Source of the DNA: Octopus sinensis
Lineage: Eukaryota
NCBI RefSeq assembly: GCF_006345805.1
Contig: NC_043004.1
Location: 5,146,001-5,210,000 of the forward strand
Length of the DNA: 64,000 nucleotides
Reading direction: 5' to 3'
This document shows positions 1 through 14,145 of this stretch, piece by piece (the stretch's first letter is position 1; the number at the start of each line of letters is the position of its first letter). Under the pieces are notes generated by a model. That model made no database searches. It was not told the DNA's origin and saw only the letters and a program-made list of their open reading frames with translations. Position numbers and translations under genes: made by a program.

Positions 1-753
1 TACATAATATCATATATATTAAATATACATACATATCATATATATTATAAATATACATACATATTCATATATATATAAATATATATACATATCATATATA
101 TATAAATATATATACATATCACATATATATAAATTATATACATATCATATATATATAAATATATATACATATCAATATATATAAATATATATACATATCA
201 TATATATATAAATATATATACATACATATATATATAAATATATATACATATCATAATATATATATATATTAAATATATATACATATCATATATATATAAA
301 TATATATACATATCATATATAATAAATATATATACATATCATATATATAAAATATATGACATATCATATATATATAATATATACATTCATATATATATAT
401 AAATATATATACATATCATATATATATTAAATATATATACATATCATATATATATATATTATATAAATATATATATACATATCATATATATATCAATATA
501 TATACATATCATATATATATATAAATATATATACATATCATATATATATATAAATTATATTTACATATCATTATATATATAAATATATTATATAATATAT
601 TATATATATATATTATATATACATATCATATATATATATATATATATATATTAATATTATATAAATAATATACATAATATATAATATATATATATAAATA
701 TATATCATAATATATATATATATAGATATATATATATATAAATATATATACAT

Positions 754-789
<36 letters not shown>

Positions 790-862
790 TATATACTAAT
801 ATCTAATATAGATATAATACTATATATATATATATATATATTATATATAAATATATATACAT

Positions 863-921
<59 letters not shown>
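1..921. repeat. TA-rich compound microsatellite/minisatellite (ATATATACATATC-type units grading into (TA)n)
   Basis: Direct reading of tandem AT-rich units. Confidence 0.95.
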
Positions 922-926
<5 letters not shown>

Positions 927-995
927 TAATATATATACTCACACATATATGTATATATATATGGCCATATTATCTAATCACTCATTCCTCATTTA

Positions 996-1329
996 TCAAA
1001 AGTACACTTCCATAAAAAGAGATGGTTTGATGAAAACAAGCGTTCTTATAGTACTAAACCCATTGCTGAAACACAATATTTCCTGGCGGACAACAAAGTG
1101 TCCGAGACACTCAAGTAATTTTTCCTGGATAATCTGAATCTCCTTAATATTATGTTCTGGTGACAGCATGTTTGATGTTTTATAAATCTCAAAGATTTCC
1201 TCTGTTTCCTCTTTTTCCTCCTTGATTTTGCTGTCTGTGTCTACAGTTTGCTTCTTTTTTTTGTGTTTACTTCGGACTTTTTTCTTAAATATTCTGTCTA
1301 ATCTTCCATATCCTTTGAGTCTAGCAAGC
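996..1329 (-). CDS. Exon of minus-strand host gene (last detected; ...LARLKGYGRLDRIFKKK...LVFIKPSLFMEVYF*), possibly COR-like
   Basis: Acceptor ttttgcag at 1331/1330; phase 2 joins TC|G (Ser) from the 4467 exon; open frame to TGA at 996. Confidence 0.75.
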
Positions 1330-2232
1330 CTGCAAAACAATACAAAAATTAATTTAATGCTTAATTTGCAAAATTTATATATTCATATGACTTTACGTTT
1401 CGCAGGTCAGTTATGCTTCAAAGATATTTATATTGATCTAACTGTTTATTAACTCACAACCCTACTTTCATGTGCCTTCACAATATTGTGTTCTAACCAA
1501 TATTGCATGTAATCAATTCATAATTTATATTGATTTTCTTTAAAATAATTAATAGACAGAAGCAGTTTTAATATCAAAATGTAATATTTATTCTCACTTA
1601 AAATACAACGTTATGTTAGAACACAAAATACTGCAATATTTACCATGAGAGAAACTCTCATCTGGTCTTCTGGTGCATATAAGCACTGTTGTTTATATTG
1701 CTAGCAGGAGAAAAATAACTGCCACCGTCAGCACCAAGACTACTAGATCATGTGATTTCAACCTTTACCAGTCTTGTCAATGGTAGACACCCAACTGCTG
1801 GAGATAGCAGTCGTGCCTCAGCTTGTGATATACTTTGAATTAAATTGTCGAATCGGGCAATGGAATAACTAGTGGACTTACTAAGTGGCAATTTTAGTGA
1901 CAGAAGCAATATTAATATCAAAAAGTGGTATTTATCTTCAATTAAAAGTGGAAGTTGTATTAGAACACACGATACTGTGATATTTACTGTGAGAGAACCT
2001 CTCATATGTTGAATAAAGAAGCCATGCTTCCGAGTCACCTCAGGGTTGTCTCTCTTGTGTTACTCTCTCAGGGTTGTCTCTCTCTTGATGAGAGCTAAAT
2101 AGCTTGAAATACATTTACTGTTCCATCAGAGGACACCATATGATGACCGTTGGTGTTTTGACACCTACTGCCAAAAGTGAGAAGCTTTCTCCCAGGCAAA
2201 CTGCACCAAAACAGCTTTTTACATGTCAAATA

Positions 2233-3509
2233 CAAGGGATGTTCATTAAAGATTTCCCCTGACCCACTTTCCAAGGACTGGGATAAATGAAACTTGGCAT
2301 GATTATTAGTCCTTCTCTACATAGCCACCACCAATGGTGATACCCTTCTCCCATTGCTTTATACAGCTGTGAAAACCTTGTCTGTAGAAGTCGGTAGGTT
2401 GTGTCGGGAGCCAAGACTTTACATCAGAAATAAGTCGATCATCATCTGGAAAGTGCTTCCCCTTCAAAAAAGACTTCATGGTTGGAAAGAGGTGAAAGTC
2501 AAATGGTGCATGGTTGGGAGAGTAAGGGGGATGAGGAAGGATTTCATAACAGGAGTGTGCATCCATCTGGGTAACATGCACATTGTGAATTGGGATGTTG
2601 TCTTGGAGCAGGCAGACTCCTTTGGAAAACCCCTATCTGCTTTGATGGTGCCCCATAATTTCTGTAGTGGAGAAGCATAATATGCCTCATTAATTGTGGT
2701 ACCCTTTGCCAGAAAATTCATCATCACTACTCCGCATTGGCCCAAAAGACTGAGCCTCAACTTGCCTGCTGAGGGTTGGACACAAACCTTTTTTGGAGGT
2801 GGTGAATTATCATGCTTCCATTGCTTTGACAGGACTTTAGTCTCAGGATCACAGTGACAGACACATATTTTATCCTGTGTGATAAGTCTGCCAAAAAAGC
2901 CCTCTTCATTTTTTTGGCATGTAGCCAAAAGAGCCTGGGAGGAATTGACTCATTCCTGCTTTTCAAAAGGTGCGAGCATCCAAGGGAATCCATTGTGCAG
3001 ACAATTTCCACATGTGCAAATGGTTGTGAATGATTTTTCCCCTGGATCCTACACTTATCTTCACTTCTTGGGCTAGTTGTCAAATAGTTATGTGACAATC
3101 CTCCCAAATGGCAGCTTTCACTTTATGGATAGTGTCATCATCAATGGTGGAATGTGGTTGTCCAGGAACAGGAGCAGTTTCCACCAATGGCCAACCAGAT
3201 TTGAAATGGCAATGCCAGTGCTTGACTATGTCGTATGATGGTGTGTCATCACCATAAACTTCTTTCATCTCATTGAATGTCTCTTTTGGTGTACGGCCTT
3301 TCAAGTATAAAAACCTGATCACTAATCTGCATTCAACTACCTCCATTGTAACACCTTAGCAGCCATAAAAGACAAACTAATACTAGTAGAAAGCTACGAT
3401 TTACAATGTGACATGAGGAAACATGTGTGATTTATACCTGTACAAGTTCTGTTTCTTGCGATAACTGGAAGCAGGTCAGGGGGAAATCTTTAATGAATAA
3501 TGCTCCCTG
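2233..3509 (-). mobile_element. Degenerate full-length mariner transposon
   Basis: TIR caagggatgttcattaaagatttcccctgacc and its inverse at about 3476-3509, TA flanks; frameshifted transposase pieces (MEVVECRLVIRFLYLKG..., PHPPYSPNHAPFDFHLF). Confidence 0.92.
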
Positions 3510-3576
3510 TATGTCCCAAACATATTTGAACTTATTTAAATGTTTATGTTTGTAGTGTGGGTGTTGTGCGTGAGTG

Positions 3577-3610
<34 letters not shown>

Positions 3611-3627
3611 ATATGCACATATGTACA

Positions 3628-3745
3628 AATGAGGGAGTGCTGAGAAGTTCCTGGCTTTGGGTGAAAGAAAATACAGGAGGATCAGTTAATTATGATTTTA
3701 TTCACCATATTCCCCTCTCAGATTCACACACTTAGTGCAGTGGTC
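3628..3745 (+). mobile_element. Mariner-like terminal fragment
   Basis: gagggagtgctgagaagttcctggcttt resembles a mariner TIR end; no ORF. Confidence 0.45.
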
Positions 3746-4466
3746 CCAAGGACAATAATGAAATACCATATGCACATCACCCTGATGGAGGAGTAGCATG
3801 GAAAATTAGGAGCAACAAATATGTAGGATTGCATTCGTGTCATAAATCTGTCCGAGCAAAGCTGACCAGGGAATACACAACAACATCATGTTTTATAACT
3901 AAAAAAAATTTTTTTTCCCTTCTTGATATGCAATTTATCATCACAAAAATGTGAAAGTAAATCATCTTTAAAATAAATGAAAATAAATTGCGATAGAAAC
4001 CAAGAATCAAGTGGCTCCTCTTGAAAAAAGGGATTACCTCATAACCCAAGTAAATCGATAAGAACAACTTCCAGTTGGTTCTTTCAGTACAACTCCTTAA
4101 TCATGCAGGATTATTGCATTGCTCACATGTAACTGTGTTGGTTATCATGTGGTCCACATGCAAGCATCAAATTGCCTGCTGTATAGTGTTCATTGCTGGA
4201 TACAGTATGTTGGAATAGTGTATTTTGTTACTTTTCATGAAATATTTAACATATAACTCCTTGGTGCCAGTGGATGTGGCAGAATGAGGGTGTTCTATAG
4301 ATTCTCTTTATAAAAATTTGCTATGTTACTGTCGTCACTTCCAGTTTCTATCACAATTTCCATTTTTTAAGGATAATTTACTTTCATTTTTTTTTTTGAC
4401 AGCAAACTGCATGTTACCCCACAACAAAAAGAAAAAAAATTAAATAGATGTTAAATAGCCTCTTAC

Positions 4467-4788
4467 GATCTTTTGAATATCATTTTTGGACAATCTGGAT
4501 GACTGTTTAGTAAAGCACGAAATATTTCTTGACTGCCTATGATGCCAAAAGCCTTTTCAGAAAATTTTTTCCACTTGCTGTAGCTGATGGTGGAGCCCTC
4601 AGTTTCAGCATTCTTAGTTTCCGTTGGAGGTTCAGCAGATTTTTTTATTTGTCCCAACTCAGCATCTAAGACAGTCTTTTCTAACATGTTACGGGTTTTA
4701 GTAAGAAGTTTATCACTAAGAAACAGTTTAGACACTCGCACTTTATAGCCAAGAGTCTTTTGTTTATCCTCATGTCGAAGAATGCTTC
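4467..4788 (-). CDS. Internal exon of minus-strand host gene (GSILRHEDKQK...PKMIFKRS)
   Basis: Polypyrimidine acceptor ttttcttgtctag, donor GTAAGA, open frame, phase 1 to phase 2 consistent with neighbouring exons. Confidence 0.85.
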
Positions 4789-5017
4789 CTAGACAAGAAA
4801 AGAAAATCGTAAAAACAAATGCTTGATTAAAAATTTGTAAAGAAAATTTTTTTTACTATTAGCACAAGGCTTAAAATTTTGGTGGATATGGCTAGTCAAA
4901 TACTTTGATCCTATTATACAAGTGGTACTTATTTTATCAACCCCAAAAGGATGAAAGGCAAGGTCAATCTCGGTGGAATTTGAACTTAGAATGTAAAGAT
5001 GGACAAAATGCCTACAA

Positions 5018-5422
5018 GCAGGAGTGGCTGTGTGGTAAGTAGCTTGCTAACCAACCACATGGTTCTGGGTTCAGTCCCACTGCGTGGCATCTTGGGCAAG
5101 TGTCTTCTGCTATAGCCCCGGGCCGAACAATGCCTTGTGAGTGGATTTGGTAGACGGAAACTGAAAGAAGCCTGTTGTATATATGTATATATATATATGT
5201 ATCTGTGTATTTGTGTGTCTGTGTTTGTCCCCCTAGCATTGCTTGACAACCGATGCTGGTGTGTTTATGTCCCCGTAACTTAGCGGTTCGGCAAAAGAGA
5301 CTGATAGAATGAGTACTGGGCTTACAAAGAATAAGTCCCGGGATCGAGTTGCTCGACTAAAGGCGGTGCCCCAGCATGGCCGCAGTCAAATGACTGAAAC
5401 AAGTAAAGGAGTAAAAGAGAGT
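5018..5422 (+). mobile_element. tRNA-derived CORE-like SINE, family A
   Basis: Head gcaggagtggctgtgtggtaag, B-box-like ggttcagtccc, cttgggcaagt core, internal TA/TG microsatellite, tail gactgaaacaagtaaaggagtaaaagag; many copies in the window. Confidence 0.9.
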
Positions 5423-5879
5423 AAGCATCTTGTCTGATGTGCTAATAATTCCGGTAGTTCACCATCTTAAGAAAAAAAGCAACTGTGTGAATATATTATA
5501 TTCTCACCAGTCCTCAGTCAAATCATCCAACCCATGCTAGCATGGAAAGCGGATGTTAAACGATGATGATGATGATGATGATGATGACACACATAAACAG
5601 AGAGAGGAGGTAAGGAAAGAAGGAGAGAGAGAAAGAGAGAAGGAGGGACAGAGAGAAAGAAGGAGAGAAATATTAAGATGAAACATTAAAACATCTGGTG
5701 TCAAATAAGTCGGCGTCAAATCAGTGATTCCAAATAGGCGGTGGTGAAATATCTTTGCCAAAATGTCTCATATCCTACTCATCATGCCATATGTTAGCTT
5801 GTTCAGAACTGATTAATGACTTCACAACAACAGAAAGAGTATCATCCCTCTTCTTTCCTGTAACCACAACAACGTCGTC

Positions 5880-6900
5880 ATCATCATCATCATCATCATC
5901 ATTTAATGTCCATTGTTCATGCTGGCATGGTTTGGATAGTTTGACCAGGGCTGACTTGGCATGGTTTCTATAGTTGAATACCCTTCCTAACACCAACCAC
6001 TCAGAGAATGTAACGGGTGCTTTTATGTGCCACCAGAACAGGTGCCATTTGCGTGACACCAGTATCTGCCACAACTGTAATTTTATTTGGCTTGATGGGT
6101 CTTCTTCTCAAGCATGACATAATGCCAAAGGTCTTGGTCATTCGTCATTGCCTCCATGACACCTAACACTCAAAAGGAGCTTTTCACATGATTGACCACT
6201 TTGCCAATGCTCAAAAGGTGCTCTTTATGTGCCACTAACATGGATGCCAGTTACATGACACCAGCATCAGCTACAACTACGATTTCACTTGGCTTTATGG
6301 GTCTTCTCAAGTGCAGAATATTGCCAAAGTCTCAGTCACTAGTCATTGCCTCTGAAGGCCCAAAGTTTGAAGATCATACTTCACCACCTCGTTCTATGTC
6401 TTTCTGGGTCTACCTCTACCACAGGTTCCCTCCACAGTTAGAAATTGGCACTTCTTTACACAACTGTCCTTGTCCATACACATCACATGACCATACCAGT
6501 GCAGTCGTCTCTCTTGCACATTACATTTGATGCCTCTTATGCCCAACTTTTCTCTTAAGATGCTTACACTTTGTCAAACATGCACACTGACATTGCACAT
6601 CCAGTGAAGCATACTGGTTTCATTTCTTTTCAAGCTAACACATGTCCTTGGTTGTCACAGCCCATGTTTCCCTGCCGTGTAGCATAGCTGTTTGTACACT
6701 GGCATCGTACAATCTGCCTTTCACTCTGAGGGAAAGGCCTTTTGTTGCCAGCAGAGGTAGGAGCTCTCTAAGTTTTGCTCAGCCTATTCTTATTCTCAGA
6801 GCTACACTCTCAAAGCAACCACCTCCACTACTAACTTGGTCACATAGACAATGGAACCTATCTACTACCTCTAGTTTACCCCGCTGGCCATTGACGGAGT
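5880..6900 (-). mobile_element. 5'-truncated degenerate RTE-like LINE (ORF2 C-terminus, 3' UTR, (GAT)n tail)
   Basis: Minus-strand translation gives RRLHWYGHV...CGRGRPRKT with stops; same family as 7692-8532. Confidence 0.85.
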
Positions 6901-7032
6901 ATATCTTTTGTACATTTTTCGGTGTTTATTCTACCTGTGCACCTTACACACACAAATACTATTTTCCCAATTAACCTTTCTCTGATATCTTCAGGATTAA
7001 ATAAAAGACAACAAACAGAAGATATGACATAC

Positions 7033-7034
<2 letters not shown>

Positions 7035-7098
<64 letters not shown>

Positions 7099-7194
7099 AC
7101 ACATATATATACATACATCAACATACATATATACATATATATATACATACATATATATACATATATATACATACATATATATACATATATATAC

Positions 7195-7231
<37 letters not shown>

Positions 7232-7262
7232 CATATATATACATATATATACATATATATAC

Positions 7263-7293
<31 letters not shown>

Positions 7294-7322
7294 CATATAT
7301 ATATATACATATATATACATAC

Positions 7323-7355
<33 letters not shown>

Positions 7356-7359
7356 CATA

Positions 7360-7397
<38 letters not shown>

Positions 7398-7691
7398 CAT
7401 ATATATATATACATATATATACATATACATATATATACATATATATACATATACATATATATACATATACATATATATACATATATATACATATACATAT
7501 ATATACATATACATATATATACATATACATATACATATACATACATATATATACATATATATACATATACATATATATACATATATATACATATACATAT
7601 ATATACATATATATACATATATATACATATACATATATATACATATATATACATATACATATATATATATATATATATACATATATATATA
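7035..7691. repeat. (TA)n/(TACATA)n compound microsatellite
   Basis: Direct reading; accounts for the overlapping YI/MY ORFs. Confidence 0.95.
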
Positions 7692-8531
7692 CGATTGCGC
7701 TGGTATGGTCATGTGGCGAGAATGGATGAAGATAGGTGTGTGAGAAAGTGCCAATCCCTAGCAGTTGAGGGAACCCGTGGAAGAGGTAGACCCAGGAAAA
7801 CCTGGGACGAGGTGGTGAAGCACGACCTTCGGACGTTAGGTCTCACCACGGAAATGACTAGAGACCGAGACCTATGGAAGTATGCTGTGCGTGAGAAGAC
7901 CCGGCAAGACTAGTGAAGCCATAATCCGTGGCCCCTACCTGGGACGTAGTCAGTCCACCTGTGCATACCTTCCTTCTTGTGACACTTGTGAAGACCTGTT
8001 GAGGCAAGTGAGAATCGAATCAAATCAAATCAAATCAAAATAGATGAACATCAATGGAATTTGTATCCTTGTGGTACCAGTGCCGGTGGGACATAAGAAA
8101 ACCATCCGAACGTGACCGTAGCCAGTACCGCAACGACTGGCCTCCGTGCTGAGGGCACGTAACAAACACCATCCGAGCGTGGCTGTCCGCCAGCCTCATC
8201 TGGCACCTGTGTCGGTGACACATAAGAAAACACCATCCGAGCGTGGCCGTCAGCCAGCCTTGTCTGGCACCTGTGTCGGTGGCACATAAAAAACACCATC
8301 CGAGCGTGGCCGTCTGCCAGCCTCGTCTGGCACCTGTGTCGGTGGCACATAAAATCACCCACTACACTCTCGGAGTGGTTGGCGTTAGGAAGGGCATCCA
8401 GCTGTAGAAACACTGCCAGATCTGACTGGCCTGGTGCAGCCTTCGGGCTTGCCAGACCCCAGTTGAACCGTCCAACCCATGCTAGCATGGAAAGCGGACG
8501 TTAAACGATGATGATGATGATGATGATGATG

Positions 8532-8532
<1 letters not shown>
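7692..8532 (+). mobile_element. 5'-truncated RTE-like LINE: ORF2 C-terminus, 3' UTR with about 50-bp tandem repeats, (GAT)n tail
   Basis: [18 protein letters not shown]...GRGRPRKTW is a typical RTE C-terminus; ends catggaaagcggacgttaaac(gat)n. Confidence 0.9.
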
Positions 8533-8567
<35 letters not shown>

Positions 8568-8569
<2 letters not shown>

Positions 8570-8845
8570 AGGCGCAGTGGTTAGGGCAGTGGACTCGTGG
8601 TTTCAATTCCCAGACCGGGCATTGTGAGTGTTTATTGAGTGAAAACATCTAGAGCTCCACAAGACTCCAGCAGGGGATGGTGGTAATCCCTGCTGTACTC
8701 ATTCACCACAACTTTCTCTCACTCTTTCTTCTGTTTGCCTGCTTGCTTAGCCAACAGGGTGGTGTCATTGAAGGCTAAAACAATGCAAAGTGCATTGTGA
8801 CCAGCGATGTGTAGCAACATCTGATGGCCTGGTCGGTCACATGAT

Positions 8846-8852
<7 letters not shown>
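8568..8852 (+). mobile_element. tRNA-derived SINE, family B
   Basis: ggaggcgcagtggttag head and gtcacatgatcacgtga 3' end; matches the inverted copy at 22480-22780. Confidence 0.85.
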
Positions 8853-8885
<33 letters not shown>

Positions 8886-9588
8886 AAAAAAATATAGTAA
8901 ATAGACATATAAACATATACTAAATACATAGATGAATGGAAAACACAGGTCACCAACTCGTCTTTGGTTTTCAGCCAGAGTCAAGCACAATTTTGGCCAT
9001 TATCAATAATATTGCTCCCATCCTGGAGGCACCAGCAAGAAACTTGCCAGGAATGGGACCAAAGCATAACAAAACAATATGGGCTCGAGACGAGACTTAG
9101 TAGACAGATGAGGGACAAGATAATAAACAGAATAAAGGTTTAGGGCAACACAAAGACAACAATTAAAATGTTAATGATACAGCAAAAAAAAAAAAACCTT
9201 AAGGCTGCAAGACAAGACAAAAATGGGTAACGTGAAGGAGAAATGAAAAACTGTCCAAAAGGACTATAGGGATGGTGGCGTAGGGCAAGGAGCTCAGAAA
9301 ATCATGACCAGTCCGATTGAAGGCAATGCGTAAAAGAATGATGCCACCTTAGGCTGTCAGGAATCACGTGGTAGTAGGAGGAGGGTAACAGTGAAAGATA
9401 GATAGAGAGAGAGAGAAAGGAAATAAAAGAAGCAGAGTAAAGGAAACAGACAGAGTGTCGCAAAAATATTCCAAGAATTTTTCTACAAATGGGTAAAAAA
9501 GTTATGAGTGTGTGCGTTACATAAATATTTTCAGGATTAGAAAAAAGACATCAAACAGAAAATAGGACATACCTGTATATATATGTAT

Positions 9589-9646
<58 letters not shown>

Positions 9647-9877
9647 ATAAATTAGAGAAGAACCACCATGTAGCAATTCAACAATGAAATAACAATGATA
9701 TAATTAAATTATACCATATAGAACAAAATTAAATATACGATAAAACATATACCAATAATTAAGTAAAATACAAAATAATAAATAAATAGTATATAATTGG
9801 TAAAAAGACAATTTTTAATTATATATATATATATTTATATATATAATTTTAAAAAACATGTAGTAAATATTGCTGTG

Positions 9878-10135
9878 TGGAGGCGCGTGGCTTAGTGGTT
9901 AGGGTATCAGCACCATGATTGTAAGATTATGGTTTCGATTCTTGGACCGGGCAACGTGTTGTGTTCTTGAGCAAAACACTTCATTTCACGTTGCTCCAGT
10001 TTACTCAGCTGGCAAAAATGAGTAATGCTGTGATGGACTGGCGTCCTGTCCAGCTAGGGAATACATACGCCATAGAAACTGGGAAACTGGGCCCATGAGC
10101 ATGGCTAGGCTTTAAAAAGGGCTCATTTATTTATT
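9878..10135 (+). mobile_element. tRNA-derived SINE (CORE-like segment plus gatggactggcgtcctgtccag domain)
   Basis: A/B-box-like head, cttgagcaaaacacttcatttc segment, (ttta)n tail. Confidence 0.8.
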
Positions 10136-10615
10136 TTAAATATTGCTGCACCTCTTACGTGCCCAAACCTTACTCCAGGTACATCTTATGGAGTTTCTAC
10201 CTACACCTTTTCAACAGATTGAACAGGGCCATCTACCTGAAAGGATTTGTGACTTGTGATTTGTCTGCCTTCTTACTTACCTACACCAATAAACTGTACT
10301 TCATCATGAGAGCTAGAAGAATCCCCCGACAAGACTAGGCCAAAAGTAAAGTGGTTTGGCTATAGGGATACAGTGCAGCTTGGGGCAGGACACTAATGCA
10401 ATCGTCTATAGTTTTAGATCTTATTTGTAGTCACAATTATCAGTAATGAACACATTACTGAGAACTGGGTCTCTGAATTCATCTCTGCAACATTGCACTC
10501 CTGTCTACAGGATAAACAAGAACTTTGTTTTAATGCCAACATGCAAAGAAGATATTGCAAGTGAAAGGAGACTGCATCAATCCTACTACTACTATTGCTG
10601 CTGTTGCTGCTACTG

Positions 10616-10649
<34 letters not shown>

Positions 10650-11099
10650 AAATTATTATTATTATTATTATTATTATTGACCTCACCTTTCATCTTTTTG
10701 GGGTTGATTAAATAAGTAACTTAGCGATTCGGCAAAAGAGACCGATAGAATAAGTACTAGGCTTACGAAGAATAAGTCCTGGGGTCGATTTGCTCTACTG
10801 AAGGCGGTGCTCCAGCATGGCTGCAGTCAACTAACTTTTTTTAGCCACGTAATAAATATTATATTCCCCCCCCACCATACATCATGAACGCTCTTTTTCT
10901 CTTCCCCTCTTTCTTGTCTCACTCTTCACCTTATCCTCTTTTTCTCTCTTCCTTTTTTTCTCCTCTCTTTCCCTTCAACTAATCACTTGAAAGCACTACA
11001 ATTACATTCCCTCCACCTCACATCAGGGATGCTTTGCCCTCTTTTTCTCTAATCATGTGAAAGCATCACCAAAGGGCTAAGTAATGTAATAACAAGCAG

Positions 11100-12382
11100 A
11101 GTTATTATGTCCAACACCTGCTGTTGTGTGTGGGACAAATCTGGCTGTCAACTGAATCCATCATGAAGATCACACTGCCACCTTCCTTTGTGTTTATATG
11201 CCCAGTGGCCATGGTGAAAGAAGTTGTATGGTGGACAAGATTGAAGGGGCTGAAGACAAACACTTTTCTCTTTGGCCAATCCCTGATCAACTTCTGTAAG
11301 TTTCACTTGCAAAGGAAAATAAGGGTAGAGAAGGAAGTGTTGTCTTCAAGCCAGTTTGCTGAAAGGCGGATGAAAGTGGCGAGAATGATCCAAGTGAACA
11401 GGCCTGCCCTGAGCATACACCTGTAGTTGGGAAAAAGGAAAGGAAAAAAAGACACCTGCCTAAAAGTTAGGGTACCCATGGTTTTTTTTATGGGGTTTTT
11501 CCATGACCAGCCCTCAAATGTCTCTTCCTTATTGAGGATCACACAATGTTGATTTCCATTTAAAAAAAAAAAATTTGTTAGTCTTGTTTACATGCAAAAC
11601 ACTCACAACAACACACATGTACAACAACACACATGTACAACAACACACATGTACAACAACACACATGTACAACAACACACATGTACAAAACACACATGTA
11701 CAACAACACACATGTACAACAACACACATGTACACAACACACATGTACAACAACACACATGTACAACAACACACATGTACAACAACACCATGTACAACAA
11801 CACACATGTACAACAACACACATGTACAACAACACACAGTACAACAACACACATGTACAACACACACAGTACAACAACACACACATGTACAACAACACAC
11901 ATGTACAACACACACAGTACAACAACACACATGTACAACAACACACATGTACAACAACACACATGTACAACAACACATGTACAACAACACACATGTACAA
12001 CAACACACATGTACAACAACACACATGTACAACAACACACATGTACAACAACACACATGTACAACAACACACATGTACAACAACACACATGTACAACAAC
12101 ACACATGTACAACAACACACATGTACAACAACACACATGTACAACAACACACATGTACAACACACACATGTACAACAAACACACATTCACAACGACACAT
12201 GTACACACAACACCATGTACAACAACACACATGTACAACAACACACATGTACAACAACACACACTCACATGCATACACACGTTCTTTGTTTTGTCTTGTA
12301 CTGTCCATAATGTTTTTCTTAATGTAAACCCCAGTGGTTAATAAAGAAATCATTTTATTATTATATTATTATTATTATTATT
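11100..12382 (+). mobile_element. 3' fragment of a Tx1/L1-like LINE: ORF2 C-terminus, 3' UTR with expanded 13-bp minisatellite, conserved tail and (TTA)n
   Basis: ORF 11124-11426 (LSTESIMKI...VAMVKEVVWWTR...LQRKIRVEKEVL...FAERRMKVA) resembles the post-RT C-terminus of Tx1/L1-clade ORF2 (from recall); tail atgtaaaccccagtggttaataaagaaat at 12322-12350. Confidence 0.7.
11600..12262. repeat. Minisatellite (ACAACACACATGT)n, 13-bp unit
   Basis: About 50 tandem units read directly. Confidence 0.97.
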
Positions 12383-12384
12383 CT

Positions 12385-12525
12385 TGGCGTTAGGAAGGGC
12401 ATCCAGCCGTAGAAACACTGCCAGATCTGACTGGGCCTGATGAAGCCTTCCAGCTTCACAGACCCCAGTTGACCCGTCCAACCCATGCTAGCATGGAAAG
12501 CGGACGCTAAACGATGATGATTATT
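12385..12525 (+). mobile_element. 3' end of the RTE-like family ((GAT)n tail)
   Basis: ggcgttaggaagggcatccag...catggaaagcggacgctaaacgatgat; similar ends at about 14190-14640, 16790-17095, 5490-5590 and 35420-35480 (minus). Confidence 0.85.
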
Positions 12526-12997
12526 ATTATTATTATTATTATCATCATCATTATTATTATTCCATGTTTGACTTTTGCTTTACATTTGTACAAGTTGGCT
12601 CCAAGTCCCACCCAGAGACCTCAAGAGACAACAAGTTGGAAGTTCATGTTGGTGTTATCCCTAGGGTGCCATATATTTGGTTTTGTACGTAGTGTTGTAC
12701 TAGTGAATGTCTAAAAAAAAACATACGAAAATTATGTTTGTTTTAAAACTTGAGATTACATAGAAAGTATTTTGCGTAGGATATGAGCAGTTCCCATGAG
12801 CACTATCTTTTGTTATTATTATTTTTATTATTATTATTATTATTGTTATTATTATTATTGTTATTATTATTATCATTATCATTATTATTATTATATTATT
12901 ATTATTAGTAGTAGTAGTAGTAGTAGTAGTTAGTTTTATGATAAGCAAATTTTAAAAGGCAAACAATGGTGCGAAATAAGAAGTAACTTCCACAAAC

Positions 12998-13499
12998 CTA
13001 GAATTTGAAAAGACATGTTGTCGGTGTTTATTGGTTGTAAATACGTTTGATTAAATGGGTCTTCATAAGGTTGTGGGTCTTTGGTCTTGCACTTTGTTTC
13101 ACGGGTATGCTTTGGACGCTGAAGAATCGGCTGACTTTTGATGGTCCTCTGGACAGTAGGTGGTTTGAAAATTGATGCCAATCTTTCCTCTGGTGAATCA
13201 CCAGTGTCTAAAACATCTCGAAGGTTAATTGGCTCTGAACAATGAAAATGTGTGAGATTAGCATTAATTAATCTGATTGATTTAATTTTATCATATTCCG
13301 TAAGCTGAGATATTTTTATTCTTTTCTGTATAGTTTCTTGTAGCCTTTCCAGGTGTATGATATTACTTTCCAGCCTAGATTTTAAACTTGTGGTTTTGTT
13401 CACTTTGCGTTCTTTTCTAAATACTTCCGATTTACTCCTTCCAATGTATTCAGTATTTCTGCCAAAATATGTAAATTCTAAACGTATTGTTCCATATTT
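12998..13499 (-). CDS. Internal exon of minus-strand host gene (KYGTIRLEF...NMSFQILG)
   Basis: Acceptor tttttatttcag, donor GTTTGT, 502-nt open frame, phase 0 to phase 1 matching the 17241 and 4788 exons. Confidence 0.85.
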
Positions 13500-13740
13500 C
13501 TGAAATAAAAACAAGACAGAATGTCCATATAGTATAAAATCAAAAGAATGAAAACGAACTATGACTTTTATTTGAAGTAGAAAAAATGGTAAGTATTGAA
13601 TTCTTTTGAAGTGCTACAAAAACATATACTTTGAGACAAAATGAAAATTAGAAATTGTTACATTCTTCAAGCCTTTCCCAATGATCTTTCTAGAGAATAA
13701 GAAGGGAACTAGTTTCAACTAGGAATTCTTATAAGTAATA

Positions 13741-14145
13741 GGCATAGGAGTGGCTGTGTGGTAAGTAGCTTGCTTACCAACCACATGGTTCCGGGTTCAG
13801 TCCCACTGTGTGGCACCTTGGGCAAGCATCTTCTACTATAGCCTCAGGCCGACCAAAGCCTTGTGAGTGGATTTGGTAGACGGAAACTGAAAGAAGCCCA
13901 TTGTATGTATGTATGTATATATATGTGTATGTTTTTGTGTGTCTGTGTTTGTCCCCCCCCAACATTGTTTGACAACCAGTGTTGGTGTGTTTACATCCCC
14001 GTAACTTACCGGTTCGGCAAAAGACACCAACAGAATAAGTACTAGGCTTACAAAGAATAAGTCCTGTGGTTGATTTGCTCGACTAAAGGCGGTGCTCCAG
14101 CATGGCCACAGTCAAATGACTGAAACAAGTAAAAGAATAAAGAGT
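13741..14145 (+). mobile_element. SINE family A
   Basis: Full-length match to the 5018-5422 copy. Confidence 0.9.

Noticed and set aside
2040-2130. ttgatgagagctaaatagcttgaaa as a hammerhead
   Set aside because: C3 is mutated and stems I and III do not register; at best a very old remnant.
5018-5100. tRNA genes at SINE heads
   Set aside because: A/B boxes are present but they continue into SINE bodies and do not form complete cloverleaves.
6876-7754. ORFs of YI/MY/HI repeats (also 11529-12353, 35995-39340, 53397-53978, 55502-55948)
   Set aside because: Translations of micro- and minisatellites.
11600-12262. CRISPR-like repeat arrays
   Set aside because: Repeats are contiguous with no unique spacers and there are no cas genes; the DNA is eukaryotic.
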